Positions 43,868 to 51,369 of a stretch of DNA of 64,000 nucleotides are shown piece after piece. Position numbers and translations under genes: made by a program. The DNA is from Candidatus Omnitrophota bacterium (GTDB lineage: Bacteria; Omnitrophota; Gorgyraeia; Gygaellales; Profunditerraquicolaceae): positions 199,903-263,902 of the forward strand of contig JAUSED010000003.1 in assembly GCA_030650425.1 (NCBI GenBank). Direction: 5' to 3'. The stretch's first letter is position 1, and every line of letters begins with the position of its first letter. The notes under the pieces are model-generated. The model saw nothing but the letters and a program-made list of their open reading frames with translations. It was not told the DNA's origin and searched no databases.

Positions 43868-44206
43868 ATGGTGAAATATATGCCAGATCCAAATACTATA
43901 ATGGCAATGACATCAGTTTTTATGCTTGTTATTGTAGGAATCCAGGTATGGATTTCTATAAAACAAAACAAATTATTAGAAATGCAGTCGAGAATATCCA
44001 AAGCTTCAACTGTAAGTGCTATTTTTAATTTGATACAGGAATCAGATAAGATGTTATTAGATAATATAACTGTAATAGAAAAATATAGAGATGAAAAGGG
44101 TATGCCTAAAGAATTAGCTTTGGCAATGGTAACCGAATTTAAGAAATGCCGTGATGAGAGCGTAAAGAAACACAAAGAGATGCTTGAGGTGTTAGGAGAA
44201 AAATAG
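43868..44206 (+). CDS. hypothetical small membrane-anchored protein
   Basis: Start chosen at ATG 43868 (MVKYMPDPNTIMAMTSVFMLVIVGIQVWI, one TM) rather than the track's 43760. AT-rich, Lys-rich. Confidence 0.35.
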   Translation: MVKYMPDPNTIMAMTSVFMLVIVGIQVWISIKQNKLLEMQSRISKASTVSAIFNLIQESDKMLLDNITVIEKYRDEKGMPKELALAMVTEFKKCRDESVKKHKEMLEVLGEK

Positions 44207-44248
44207 AAGACATGCCTATGGGGCTTTATGCAAGCACTTTTTTGGCAC

Positions 44249-44279
44249 AAAATAGTAGATTATTATAATCTACTATTTT
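44249..44279 (+). terminator. AT-rich near-perfect palindrome AAAATAGTAGATTAT|TATAATCTACTATTTT after the 44206 stop
   Basis: Seen directly; followed by a T/A-rich tract. Confidence 0.35.
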
Positions 44280-44325
44280 ATTAACAAGTTAACGCGGTAA
44301 GACTTTATAAGCGGAAGAAATAACT

Positions 44326-45036
44326 ATGCAATGTGCACTTTGTCAAAATACAAAAAAACTTTGTAAATCCCATATAATTCCCGAATTCTTTTACAAAGAG
44401 TTATATGATAAAAAACATCGTTTTAAAGGAGTATATTCAATCTGGGGGAAAATCGTATTTCACTTTAAGGGATTTCGCGAACGTCTACTCTGTGAAGACT
44501 GTGAAAAAAAATTAAGTAGTTACGAAAAATACCTGAGGGACGTTCTTCTTGAACAATATCCTAAAATTATGGAACTAAAAGTCGGAGATAAGTTATATTT
44601 TAACGTCAATTATAAAAAAATCAGGCTTTGTTATCTTTCAATTCTTTGGCGTATGAGTATTGCTACTAAACGATTTTTTAAGAATTTTTCAATTCCTGAA
44701 TATGAGGGAAAACTTAAAGATTTACTTAATAGGGATGATCCCGGTAATCCTAATGAGTTTGGTTACATTGCTATAGTCCCCTTAATGAATAATTCTTTTA
44801 AAAGAGCTTGGTTTATTGATCCTCATCTGGGAAAAATGAATGGTGATGATATTTGCTTCGTTATGTTTGGGGGTATTTTATATATTTTCTTTATTACGTT
44901 TACTAATAATCCAAGGGCTGCAGAAGCATTCATACAAAGAGAAAATAAGTGGTTGATAACCGCCGTTGATGTAAAAGATACCCTTTTAGATAAATATATT
45001 AGAAATGCTCAAAAAATAATAAAAAAGTCTCAATGA
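44326..45036 (+). CDS. hypothetical protein with N-terminal Cys-rich HNH-like motif (candidate nuclease)
   Basis: C-x2-C-x8-SHIIPE ... LLCEDCEKKL resembles the zinc-ribbon/HNH arrangement (CxxC...HH(V/I)IP...LCxxCH). The remaining ~170 aa have no recognisable family. Very AT-rich. Confidence 0.45.
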   Translation: MQCALCQNTKKLCKSHIIPEFFYKELYDKKHRFKGVYSIWGKIVFHFKGFRERLLCEDCEKKLSSYEKYLRDVLLEQYPKIMELKVGDKLYFNVNYKKIRLCYLSILWRMSIATKRFFKNFSIPEYEGKLKDLLNRDDPGNPNEFGYIAIVPLMNNSFKRAWFIDPHLGKMNGDDICFVMFGGILYIFFITFTNNPRAAEAFIQRENKWLITAVDVKDTLLDKYIRNAQKIIKKSQ

Positions 45037-45075
45037 TGGGCACATTTTGAGCACAAGCTGTTCTTGAAGCATTCT

Positions 45076-45107
45076 AGGGACACGACATTTAATTCCTCGG
45101 AGAAAAG
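45076..45107 (+). repeat. intron-less paralog of the group II intron homing site (AGGGACA|CGACATTTAATTCCTCGGAGAAAAG)
   Basis: Matches the joined exons of the occupied site (…GGGGACA [intron] CGATACTTAATTCCTCGGAGAAAAG) over ~40 nt. Confidence 0.55.
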
Positions 45108-45166
45108 ATAATTAAGTAATGTGTCCCCGGAAATTCTGTGTATAGTAACCTTTACTTTCTTAACCT

Positions 45167-45649
45167 ATGTATTTCAATACTACGCTAGGAGCTAAAATAA
45201 ACAATAAGAAACCAACTAGTTTAGCTGGATTATTTTTTATTGGACTAATTTTTATAGCTGTATTTTTTATAGGAGGGAATGCTTCATTATTAACTCAAAA
45301 TATAGCTAACTGGCCTAAAGCTAAAGCCGAAGTTATTTCCGTTGAACCTGAAATCGTTTGTGAAACACCAGAAAGATCTAGCGCTTGCTACACTATATTT
45401 TTTATTAAATATTCATACAACGTAAATGGAAAAGAATACATTAACCAAATGAAACAAGAATATGTAACTAATTATATTCCTGGAAAAACATTTGATGTAC
45501 TTTATAAACAAGACAATCCTCAGCTTGTTTTTAAAAAGGATGACCTTCCCGGTAAATTCAAACTTTATCTATCCTTAATAATTGGATTGATTATCGTCAT
45601 CCCTATTATGTTTTTTTGGAAACAGAAACGAAACAGACGTGTTCCCTAA
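45167..45649 (+). CDS. DUF3592-like two-TM membrane protein
   Basis: TM1, then ...WPKAKAEVISVE...YSYNVNGKEYIN...GKTFDVLYKQDNPQ..., then TM2. This is the DUF3592 topology and motif pattern. Confidence 0.5.
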   Translation: MYFNTTLGAKINNKKPTSLAGLFFIGLIFIAVFFIGGNASLLTQNIANWPKAKAEVISVEPEIVCETPERSSACYTIFFIKYSYNVNGKEYINQMKQEYVTNYIPGKTFDVLYKQDNPQLVFKKDDLPGKFKLYLSLIIGLIIVIPIMFFWKQKRNRRVP

Positions 45650-45822
45650 CACTTAGCAATTTCAATAGTTGTAAATAAAATCTCCGCTCTTTGATAAATT
45701 AAAACTGTATTCCTTCCAGAGGGAATACATCTGCCAAATCTTCCGGCGCTAAAACCGCATCAGGCCTACGATGGAGACGGCGGAAGGGTAAAGAAGACAA
45801 CCGGCTCACCCGCTAACCCGCT

Positions 45823-45905
45823 GAAGAATTCCGTGAAGAATTCCGGGCAGAAGAATTCCCAATTCCGGGCAATTCCGCAATTCCGGCAATTCCGCAATTC
45901 AGGGG
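45823..45905. repeat. degenerate tandem array (~8 units) of AATTCCG/GAAGAATTCCG immediately 5' of the group II intron
   Basis: gaagaattccgt gaagaattccggg cagaagaattccc aattccgggc aattccgc aattccggc aattccgc aattcagggg. Confidence 0.7.
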
Positions 45906-46402
45906 ACAGTGCGCCAAGAAAGCTAATATGAACAGGCCGTAATAAACGGCACGGTCAAAGACTAACCATCAGGCCGTTACTATAGCTCTGCGTACAGCGA
46001 GGTAATAAGCTGTATGAAGCCAGAGTGAAGGAGATTGTCAACCGTAACGCAAGTGAAGGCAGTAAGTCCCGAAATGAATACGTCGCAGTGGGCTAATGGT
46101 TTGTCCCCTATGAAGCCAGCAGTATCACGCGCGTAAAGGTGAGTGCGTGATGTCCTGCCGGGATTGTAAGCCACAGTGGGCAATCAATATGTTTGTATTG
46201 GAACTTGTGAGAACCAACGTGTTTCCCATAAGTCGTCAACGAGCTTCTAAAGAAGCAAGGAGATGATAAGGCACGTTGGTAGTCGGACTAACTCATAGTA
46301 CTCAATGATATTGGGAAAGCCAATAACAAGGGGAAGGGGTTAGCAGTTAAAGTTGCACGAGGCTAAGGAAACATTGAGCGGACTCAAAGTCTGTGGAAAG
46401 CA

Positions 46403-47701
46403 ATGGAAACAAAATTAGACTCACTAAGTCAGTATGCCGCAAAAGAACCTCAGCGGAAATTCGTTAACATAATGTATCAGGTTAACGAAAGTTCTTTGAA
46501 GGCGAACTTCTATCTGCTCGGCAGGAAACGTGCAGTAGGAGTGGATGGCGTAGGTTGGCAGGAATATGGAGAAGGATTAGATGCCAACATCGATAACCTC
46601 TTGGAACGGATGAAGAGAATGGGCTATCGGCCGCAACCTGTAAGACGGGTGTATATACCTAAAGGCAGGAATGATAAAAGGCCTTTGGGTATCCCCACGG
46701 TAGAAGATAAGGTTGCGCAGAAGACAATGAGCCGGATTATGGAAGCGGTTTATGAACAAGACTTCTATGAATTCTCATACGGATTCCGTCCGGGAAAGAG
46801 TTGTCATCAGGCGCTTAAGCGAGTCGGCGAAATTATCAACTTTAAGCCAATCAACCATATTATCGAAGCGGACATCAAAGGGTTCTTCGATAACGTAGGA
46901 CACGAAAAGCTAATGGAATTGGTAAGAAGGAGAATTACCGATAAGAAATTCCTGCGTTATATCGTGCGCTTCCTGAAAGCCGGATATATTGAATCCGGTT
47001 TGTTAAAGGAAGCAAAACAAGGCACTCCGCAGGGAGGAAACTTAAGCCCGTTATTGGCTAACATATTTCTGCATTATGTGCTGGATGAATGGTTTGAAAA
47101 GGAGTTGAAACCGACTCTTGTAGGCCAGTGTTATTTGGTGAGGTATTGCGACGATTTTGTTATCTTGACGCAATATCAGCAAGAGGCAAAGACGGTAATG
47201 ACCCGGCTGCAAGAGAGATTCGAGGCATATGGCCTTGAACTCAACACGGAGAAATCAGGAGTAATAAGTTTTGGCCGCTATGAGCGGGAAAATGCCGAAA
47301 AACAGCTAAGGCGGGCAAATACTTTTGATTTCTTAGGGTTTACGCATTACTGCGCTTTGACACGTAAAGGCAAATTCAAGGTTAGTCGAAGGACAAGTGC
47401 TGAAAGATTCCGTAAGAGCCTCAGAGAAATATATCTCTGGCTCAAGGCTTTCAAGAATACGATTAGCATTAAGGAGTTATGGACACAGCTTGTAAGTAAA
47501 TTAAGAGGGCATTATCAATATTATGGTGTGAGTGAAAATCTTAGGAGGTTGCAAGAATTTTACCACCACATAGAAGATATGGCCTTTAAATTGCTCAACC
47601 GGCGGTGCGATAAGAAGTCCTTCAACTGGCGGGGATTCTGCAAATACTTGCAACGGTTTCCATTACCCAAGCCGCACATAGTATGTAACTTTTACGCATA
47701 A
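46403..47701 (+). CDS. group II intron-encoded reverse transcriptase/maturase (RT domains 0-7 + X; no En domain evident)
   Basis: RPLGIPTVEDKVAQ (RT1), FRPGKSCHQA (RT2), QGTPQGGNLSPLLANIFL (RT4), YCDDFVIL (RT5 YxDD), maturase X tail. Confidence 0.9.
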   Translation: METKLDSLSQYAAKEPQRKFVNIMYQVNESSLKANFYLLGRKRAVGVDGVGWQEYGEGLDANIDNLLERMKRMGYRPQPVRRVYIPKGRNDKRPLGIPTVEDKVAQKTMSRIMEAVYEQDFYEFSYGFRPGKSCHQALKRVGEIINFKPINHIIEADIKGFFDNVGHEKLMELVRRRITDKKFLRYIVRFLKAGYIESGLLKEAKQGTPQGGNLSPLLANIFLHYVLDEWFEKELKPTLVGQCYLVRYCDDFVILTQYQQEAKTVMTRLQERFEAYGLELNTEKSGVISFGRYERENAEKQLRRANTFDFLGFTHYCALTRKGKFKVSRRTSAERFRKSLREIYLWLKAFKNTISIKELWTQLVSKLRGHYQYYGVSENLRRLQEFYHHIEDMAFKLLNRRCDKKSFNWRGFCKYLQRFPLPKPHIVCNFYA

Positions 47702-47727
47702 CCGAATACTGATGGAAACTTACTGAA

Positions 47728-47760
47728 GAGCCGTATGCGGGAAATCCGCAAGTACGGTTC
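47728..47760 (+). ncRNA. group II intron catalytic domain V
   Basis: Canonical 33-34-nt hairpin with AGC and GAAA tetraloop. Confidence 0.8.
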
Positions 47761-47883
47761 TGTGAGGGGCTCTGAAATACGGGCCTACTCGACCGATACT
47801 TAATTCCTCGGAGAAAAGGAACGAACGGGGGGCGTCCCAAAAAGGGACACCCTTGGTTTAGCTGATGCGATGAAGAATCGTAA

Positions 47884-48300
47884 CTAATCCCTATAAAATC
47901 CTATTCTGCGCTTGGGTTTTTCCGGGGGAGCCATAAGCTGGCGGATGGCTTCAAATATCTCTTTGATCGTCTGGTTGTGTTCGGCATATCTCTTCTCAAG
48001 TGATTCAATCTTTACAGCTAATTCTTTATGCGTTAAAAGAATTAGCCTTAGTTTAGTAAAGGCCCGCATAATTAATATATTTACTTGAATGTCCCTTTCA
48101 CTATTTAGCACACTTGAGAGCATAGCCACTCCTTGTTCGGTAAAGACATAAGGTAGATATTTAATGTTTTGGCCTTGTTTCAAGGACGCAAAATGCGACC
48201 TTGAATTTAAGATCACATTTTGTGATCTTAAAGAATCCAATTCTTCATTTGTAATTTGAAACATGAAATCATGGTGAAAAGCGGTATTAGTTCTTTCATT
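47884..48300 (-). pseudogene. 5'-truncated ORF6N-domain gene remnant
   Basis: FQITNEELDSLRSQNV...YLPYVFTEQGVAMLSSVLNSERDIQVNILIMRAF matches the ORF6N core. Homology (..FHHDFMFQ..) continues upstream of the ATG to an in-frame stop at 48301-48303. The usual first ~40 aa of the domain are absent. Confidence 0.6.
48210..48228. repeat. palindrome P1 AGATCACA-TTT-TGTGATCT (TCACA-N3-TGTGA core), inside the ORF6N remnant
   Basis: Seen directly; encodes RSQNVIL in the remnant. Confidence 0.7.
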
Positions 48301-48379
48301 TTATTCTCGTCTCTACTATAATAGACGTAAGATAAGGTAAAATCTAACAAAGAATTATTTAAATAACAAGGCAAATGCA

Positions 48380-48398
48380 ATGTTTGAACTAATTCAGC
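48380..48398 (+). repeat. orphan copy of tgt 5' end (ATGTTTGAACTAATTCAGC); 18/19 identical to tgt start at 49476-49494
   Basis: Direct comparison of the two sites. Confidence 0.8.
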
Positions 48399-48403
48399 CT
48401 AAT

Positions 48404-48430
48404 CTTGAAGTCACAAATTGTGACTTCAAG
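48404..48430. promoter_or_regulatory. palindrome P2 CTTGAAGTCACA-AAT-TGTGACTTCAAG (12-bp arms)
   Basis: Seen directly, in the intergenic region upstream of the 48531 gene. Confidence 0.5.
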
Positions 48431-48468
48431 ATTTAAAGTGAAAAATAGACGCTGAACGTATTGTTCAA

Positions 48469-48487
48469 GATCGCAATTTGTGATCTC
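48469..48487. promoter_or_regulatory. palindrome P3 AGATCGCA-ATT-TGTGATCT; near-copy of P1 including flanks (TTCAAGATC...ATCTCAAAG)
   Basis: Seen directly, ~45 nt upstream of the GTG start at 48531. Confidence 0.5.
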
Positions 48488-48530
48488 AAAGGTTATCGGA
48501 AACGCAGACACTACTCAAAGGGAGGGAAAG

Positions 48531-49001
48531 GTGAAAAAGTATATTATTTTTCTCTTATTTTTCCTGGCTTTGAATATTAACGTTTATTGCGGCCAGGAAA
48601 GCAGGATTGAGTTGACTGATGGCAGCGTGCTTAACGGAGAAGTAACTTCTTTAGCCAGCGGCACTTATACTATCAACACCGCTTCTATGGGCGTAATAAA
48701 AATTGACGCGGCAAAGGTCGCTAAAATTGAATCAGTGAAATCCTCCGCGCTTAGTTCAGCAATTAATCTTACACCGGCACAAATTAACAGCTATAAGCAA
48801 AAAATTATGGGTAATCCGGATGCAGCCGCCGCAATCAAAAGTCTATCTGCTAATCCTCAGATTAAGGCGTTAGCGGAAGATCCGGAAATTGTCAATGCCG
48901 CCAAGTCCGGGAATATCCAAGAATTGTTCAGTAACAAAAAGTTTACGGATGTTTTAGAAAGCCCTGAGATACAAGAAACAGCTAAGAAAATTAAGCAATA
49001 G
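48531..49001 (+). CDS. hypothetical secreted protein with NP/DP (STI1-like) repeats
   Basis: GTG start with ggaggg RBS; signal peptide KKYIIFLLFFLALNINVYCG; repeats NPDAAAAIK / NPQIKALAEDPEIVNAAK / SPEIQETAKK. Confidence 0.5.
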   Translation: MKKYIIFLLFFLALNINVYCGQESRIELTDGSVLNGEVTSLASGTYTINTASMGVIKIDAAKVAKIESVKSSALSSAINLTPAQINSYKQKIMGNPDAAAAIKSLSANPQIKALAEDPEIVNAAKSGNIQELFSNKKFTDVLESPEIQETAKKIKQ

Positions 49002-49015
49002 CAAGGAGAGATGTT

Positions 49016-49480
49016 ATGGGTAAGAAGATAAAGCGGATAATCGCTAAAGAAGGGTTGATCATTATCGCCATCGCGGCGATAATGTATATTTTTAAGACAT
49101 TCGTGCCCTCTTTCACGTTCCCTTATCCGAAAGTGAAATTAGCATTCCAGGATGGAACCTCGAATATTATAGAGATCTATCCGGAGATGACTACCTCTGA
49201 GCTCGCGGGTAAGATCGGCCCAAGCGGGTTGATCAAGAAATATCATTGCCCAACCCCTGAACTTATCTCCAAGCGGATCGATAAATTCATCCAGGAGAAC
49301 AAAAAGACTTCAGCGCTGGTTGATAAAAAGTGTGTGAATGAAAAACAGCTCTATCTGTATAGGGCATACTTTAATTTCCTGTTTCAACCTTTGCCTTTTA
49401 GGACATTAACTATCTATCTTTTCTTATTACTTATCCGTTTCATTGGCTGGGCGGTCAGGGTATTGAATAAAAATGTTTGA
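49016..49480 (+). CDS. hypothetical membrane protein (N- and C-terminal TM helices)
   Basis: RBS aggagag; stop overlaps the tgt ATG (ATGTTTGA). Confidence 0.45.
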   Translation: MGKKIKRIIAKEGLIIIAIAAIMYIFKTFVPSFTFPYPKVKLAFQDGTSNIIEIYPEMTTSELAGKIGPSGLIKKYHCPTPELISKRIDKFIQENKKTSALVDKKCVNEKQLYLYRAYFNFLFQPLPFRTLTIYLFLLLIRFIGWAVRVLNKNV

Positions 49481-50615
49481 ATTAATTCAGCAAGATAAAA
49501 ATAGCGGGGCGAGGCTGGGAAAGCTGACTACGGAGCATGGGGTAATCAATACGCCTTGTTTTATGCCTGTTGGGACGCACGCGACCATCAAAGGGCTTTA
49601 TCCTAAGGATGTGGAAGAGGCAGGCGCGGAAATTATGCTCTCTAATACCTATCATTTGTTCTTACGGCCGGGAATGGAGATTATCCGTAAAGCCAAGGGA
49701 TTACACAACTTTATTGCGTGGAAAAAGCCGATTCTTACGGATAGCGGTGGTTATCAGGTGTTTAGTTTAGCGCTTTTAAGGAAGCTAAGCGATAAAGGCG
49801 TGGAGTTTCAGTCGCATATCGATGGATTTAAACATTTCCTGACTCCTGAAGATGTAATCGACATACAACAGGATTTAGGCTCGGATATTATGATGCCGCT
49901 GGATGAATGTGTGCATTACCCCTGCGGAAAAGATCAGGCGGAAGTAGCGATGAAGCGCACGATCAATTGGGCTAAACGTTCGCATAAGCATCTAGAAGAG
50001 CATAAAAAGCATGGTCCAACCAAGAAGCAGCTCCTTTTTGGTATTGTGCAGGGCGCGACCTACGAAGACCTGCGTACTGAATGCGCCAAGGAATTAACCG
50101 ATATTGATTTCGATGGCTTTAGCATTGGCGGAGTTTCTGTTGGCGAACCCAGCGATTTAATCTATAATATATTATCTTTTAGCGCGAAATTACTTCCTCA
50201 GCATAAGCCGCGTTATGCTATGGGCATAGGTTATCCGCCGGATATCATCGAGGCAGTGGAGCGAGGGATTGATATGTTTGATTGTGTGGTTCCTACCCGT
50301 TACGGCAGGAATGGAACCGCTTTTACCAGTACCGGAAAGATAATTATCAGGAACGCTCCCTTTGCCGAAGATTTTAGGGCACTCGATGCTAAATGCGGCT
50401 GCTATACCTGTAAGACTTTCAGCCGGGCATACCTGCGCCATTTGTTTAACGCGCAGGAGATGCTCGGTTTGACCTTACTTTCTTTACACAATGTTTATTT
50501 CTTTTTGGATTTGGCGCGTAAGATCAGAGAGGCAATTCGGCAGGATAGGTTTAGTGACTTCAAAAAAGAATTCTTGAGTCAGTATAATAGTTTGATAGGG
50601 GACACTTTCCTTTAA
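49473..50615 (+). CDS. tgt: queuine tRNA-ribosyltransferase
   Basis: HGVINTPCFMPVGTHATIKGL; LTDSGGYQVFSL; zinc site CGCYTCKTFSRAYLRHL. Confidence 0.9.
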   Translation: MFELIQQDKNSGARLGKLTTEHGVINTPCFMPVGTHATIKGLYPKDVEEAGAEIMLSNTYHLFLRPGMEIIRKAKGLHNFIAWKKPILTDSGGYQVFSLALLRKLSDKGVEFQSHIDGFKHFLTPEDVIDIQQDLGSDIMMPLDECVHYPCGKDQAEVAMKRTINWAKRSHKHLEEHKKHGPTKKQLLFGIVQGATYEDLRTECAKELTDIDFDGFSIGGVSVGEPSDLIYNILSFSAKLLPQHKPRYAMGIGYPPDIIEAVERGIDMFDCVVPTRYGRNGTAFTSTGKIIIRNAPFAEDFRALDAKCGCYTCKTFSRAYLRHLFNAQEMLGLTLLSLHNVYFFLDLARKIREAIRQDRFSDFKKEFLSQYNSLIGDTFL

Positions 50616-50677
50616 AGTATTTCCGATAGCTTTGATGGAAAGTGTCCCCTAATAGTGAGGTTTGGATGGATTTAACT

Positions 50678-51349
50678 ATGCGTATTGATATTATCACTAT
50701 TTTCCCTAAAATGTTTGAGCCGGTGTTGAATGAGTCAATTATGCGGCGCGCGCAGGCTAAGGGTAAAGTTAAGTTCTTTATCCATGATTTACGGGATTAT
50801 ACCAGTGATAAACACCGTAAAGTGGATGACCGGGTCTTTGGCGGCGGTTCAGGTATGCTGATGCGGCCAGAACCGATTTTTAATGCCATAGCGAAATTAA
50901 AGCGTCAAGCCAAGGTAATTTTACTTTCTCCTCAAGGGAAAAAATTAGACCAGAAGATTGTCAAAAGATTATCCAAAGAGAAGAATCTCATTCTGATTTG
51001 CGGCCATTATGAAGGAGTGGATGAAAGAGTACGCGAAAAATTGGTTGATGAAGAGATTTCCATTGGAGATTATGTCTTGACCGGAGGAGAGCTGCCGGCT
51101 ATGGTTTTGGTAGATAGCCTTGTCCGGCTTATCCCGGGAGTTTTAGGGGATAAAAATTCCTTGAATTTTGAGTCATTTGAAGGTAATCTATTAGAACATC
51201 CGCATTATACCCGTCCGGCAAATTTCCGGCGGATGAAAGTTCCGGAAGTGCTGCTTTCCGGAGACCATCAAAAAATCGAAGCCTGGAGAAAGAAAGAGGC
51301 GCTCAAAAGAACCAAGCAAAGGCGCCCAGATTTATTAAACAGTAAGTAA
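50678..51349 (+). CDS. trmD: tRNA (guanine37-N1)-methyltransferase
   Basis: [15 protein letters not shown] is the canonical TrmD start; track ORF begins 36 nt earlier. [10 protein letters not shown]; [14 protein letters not shown]. Confidence 0.85.
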   Translation: MRIDIITIFPKMFEPVLNESIMRRAQAKGKVKFFIHDLRDYTSDKHRKVDDRVFGGGSGMLMRPEPIFNAIAKLKRQAKVILLSPQGKKLDQKIVKRLSKEKNLILICGHYEGVDERVREKLVDEEISIGDYVLTGGELPAMVLVDSLVRLIPGVLGDKNSLNFESFEGNLLEHPHYTRPANFRRMKVPEVLLSGDHQKIEAWRKKEALKRTKQRRPDLLNSK

Positions 51350-51369
51350 GAGAGGAGAAACAAACACAC

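Larger units (their letters stand above)
45909..47793 (+). mobile_element. bacterial group II intron (ribozyme domains I-VI with IEP ORF in domain IV), 1885 nt
   Basis: 5' GUGCG at 45909-45913. Domain V GAGCCGUAUGCGGGAAAUCCGCAAGUACGGUUC at 47728-47760 contains the AGC triad. Domain VI and the terminal ...GAC are at 47791-47793. RT/maturase ORF inside. Confidence 0.8.

Noticed and set aside
43801-44250. 149-aa minus-strand ORF overlapping the 43868-44206 plus-strand ORF
   Set aside because: AT-rich DNA gives long ORFs on both strands. The plus-strand reading has a Lys-rich, TM-containing, AT-codon-biased product and fits the uniform + orientation. The minus ORF is Cys/Phe/Ser-rich and looks like an antisense artefact.
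45823-45905. Possible CRISPR array
   Set aside because: The units are 7-12 nt with no spacers and no cas genes. It is a micro-tandem repeat, not CRISPR.
45980-46183. 67-aa minus-strand ORF
   Set aside because: It lies inside group II intron domain I RNA, which is structured ribozyme sequence and not coding.
48207-48490. Assigning the TCACA/TGTGA palindromes to CRP/FNR
   Set aside because: CRP sites are TGTGA-N6-TCACA. Here the half-sites are in the opposite order with a 3-nt spacer, so they are not ordinary CRP/FNR boxes.
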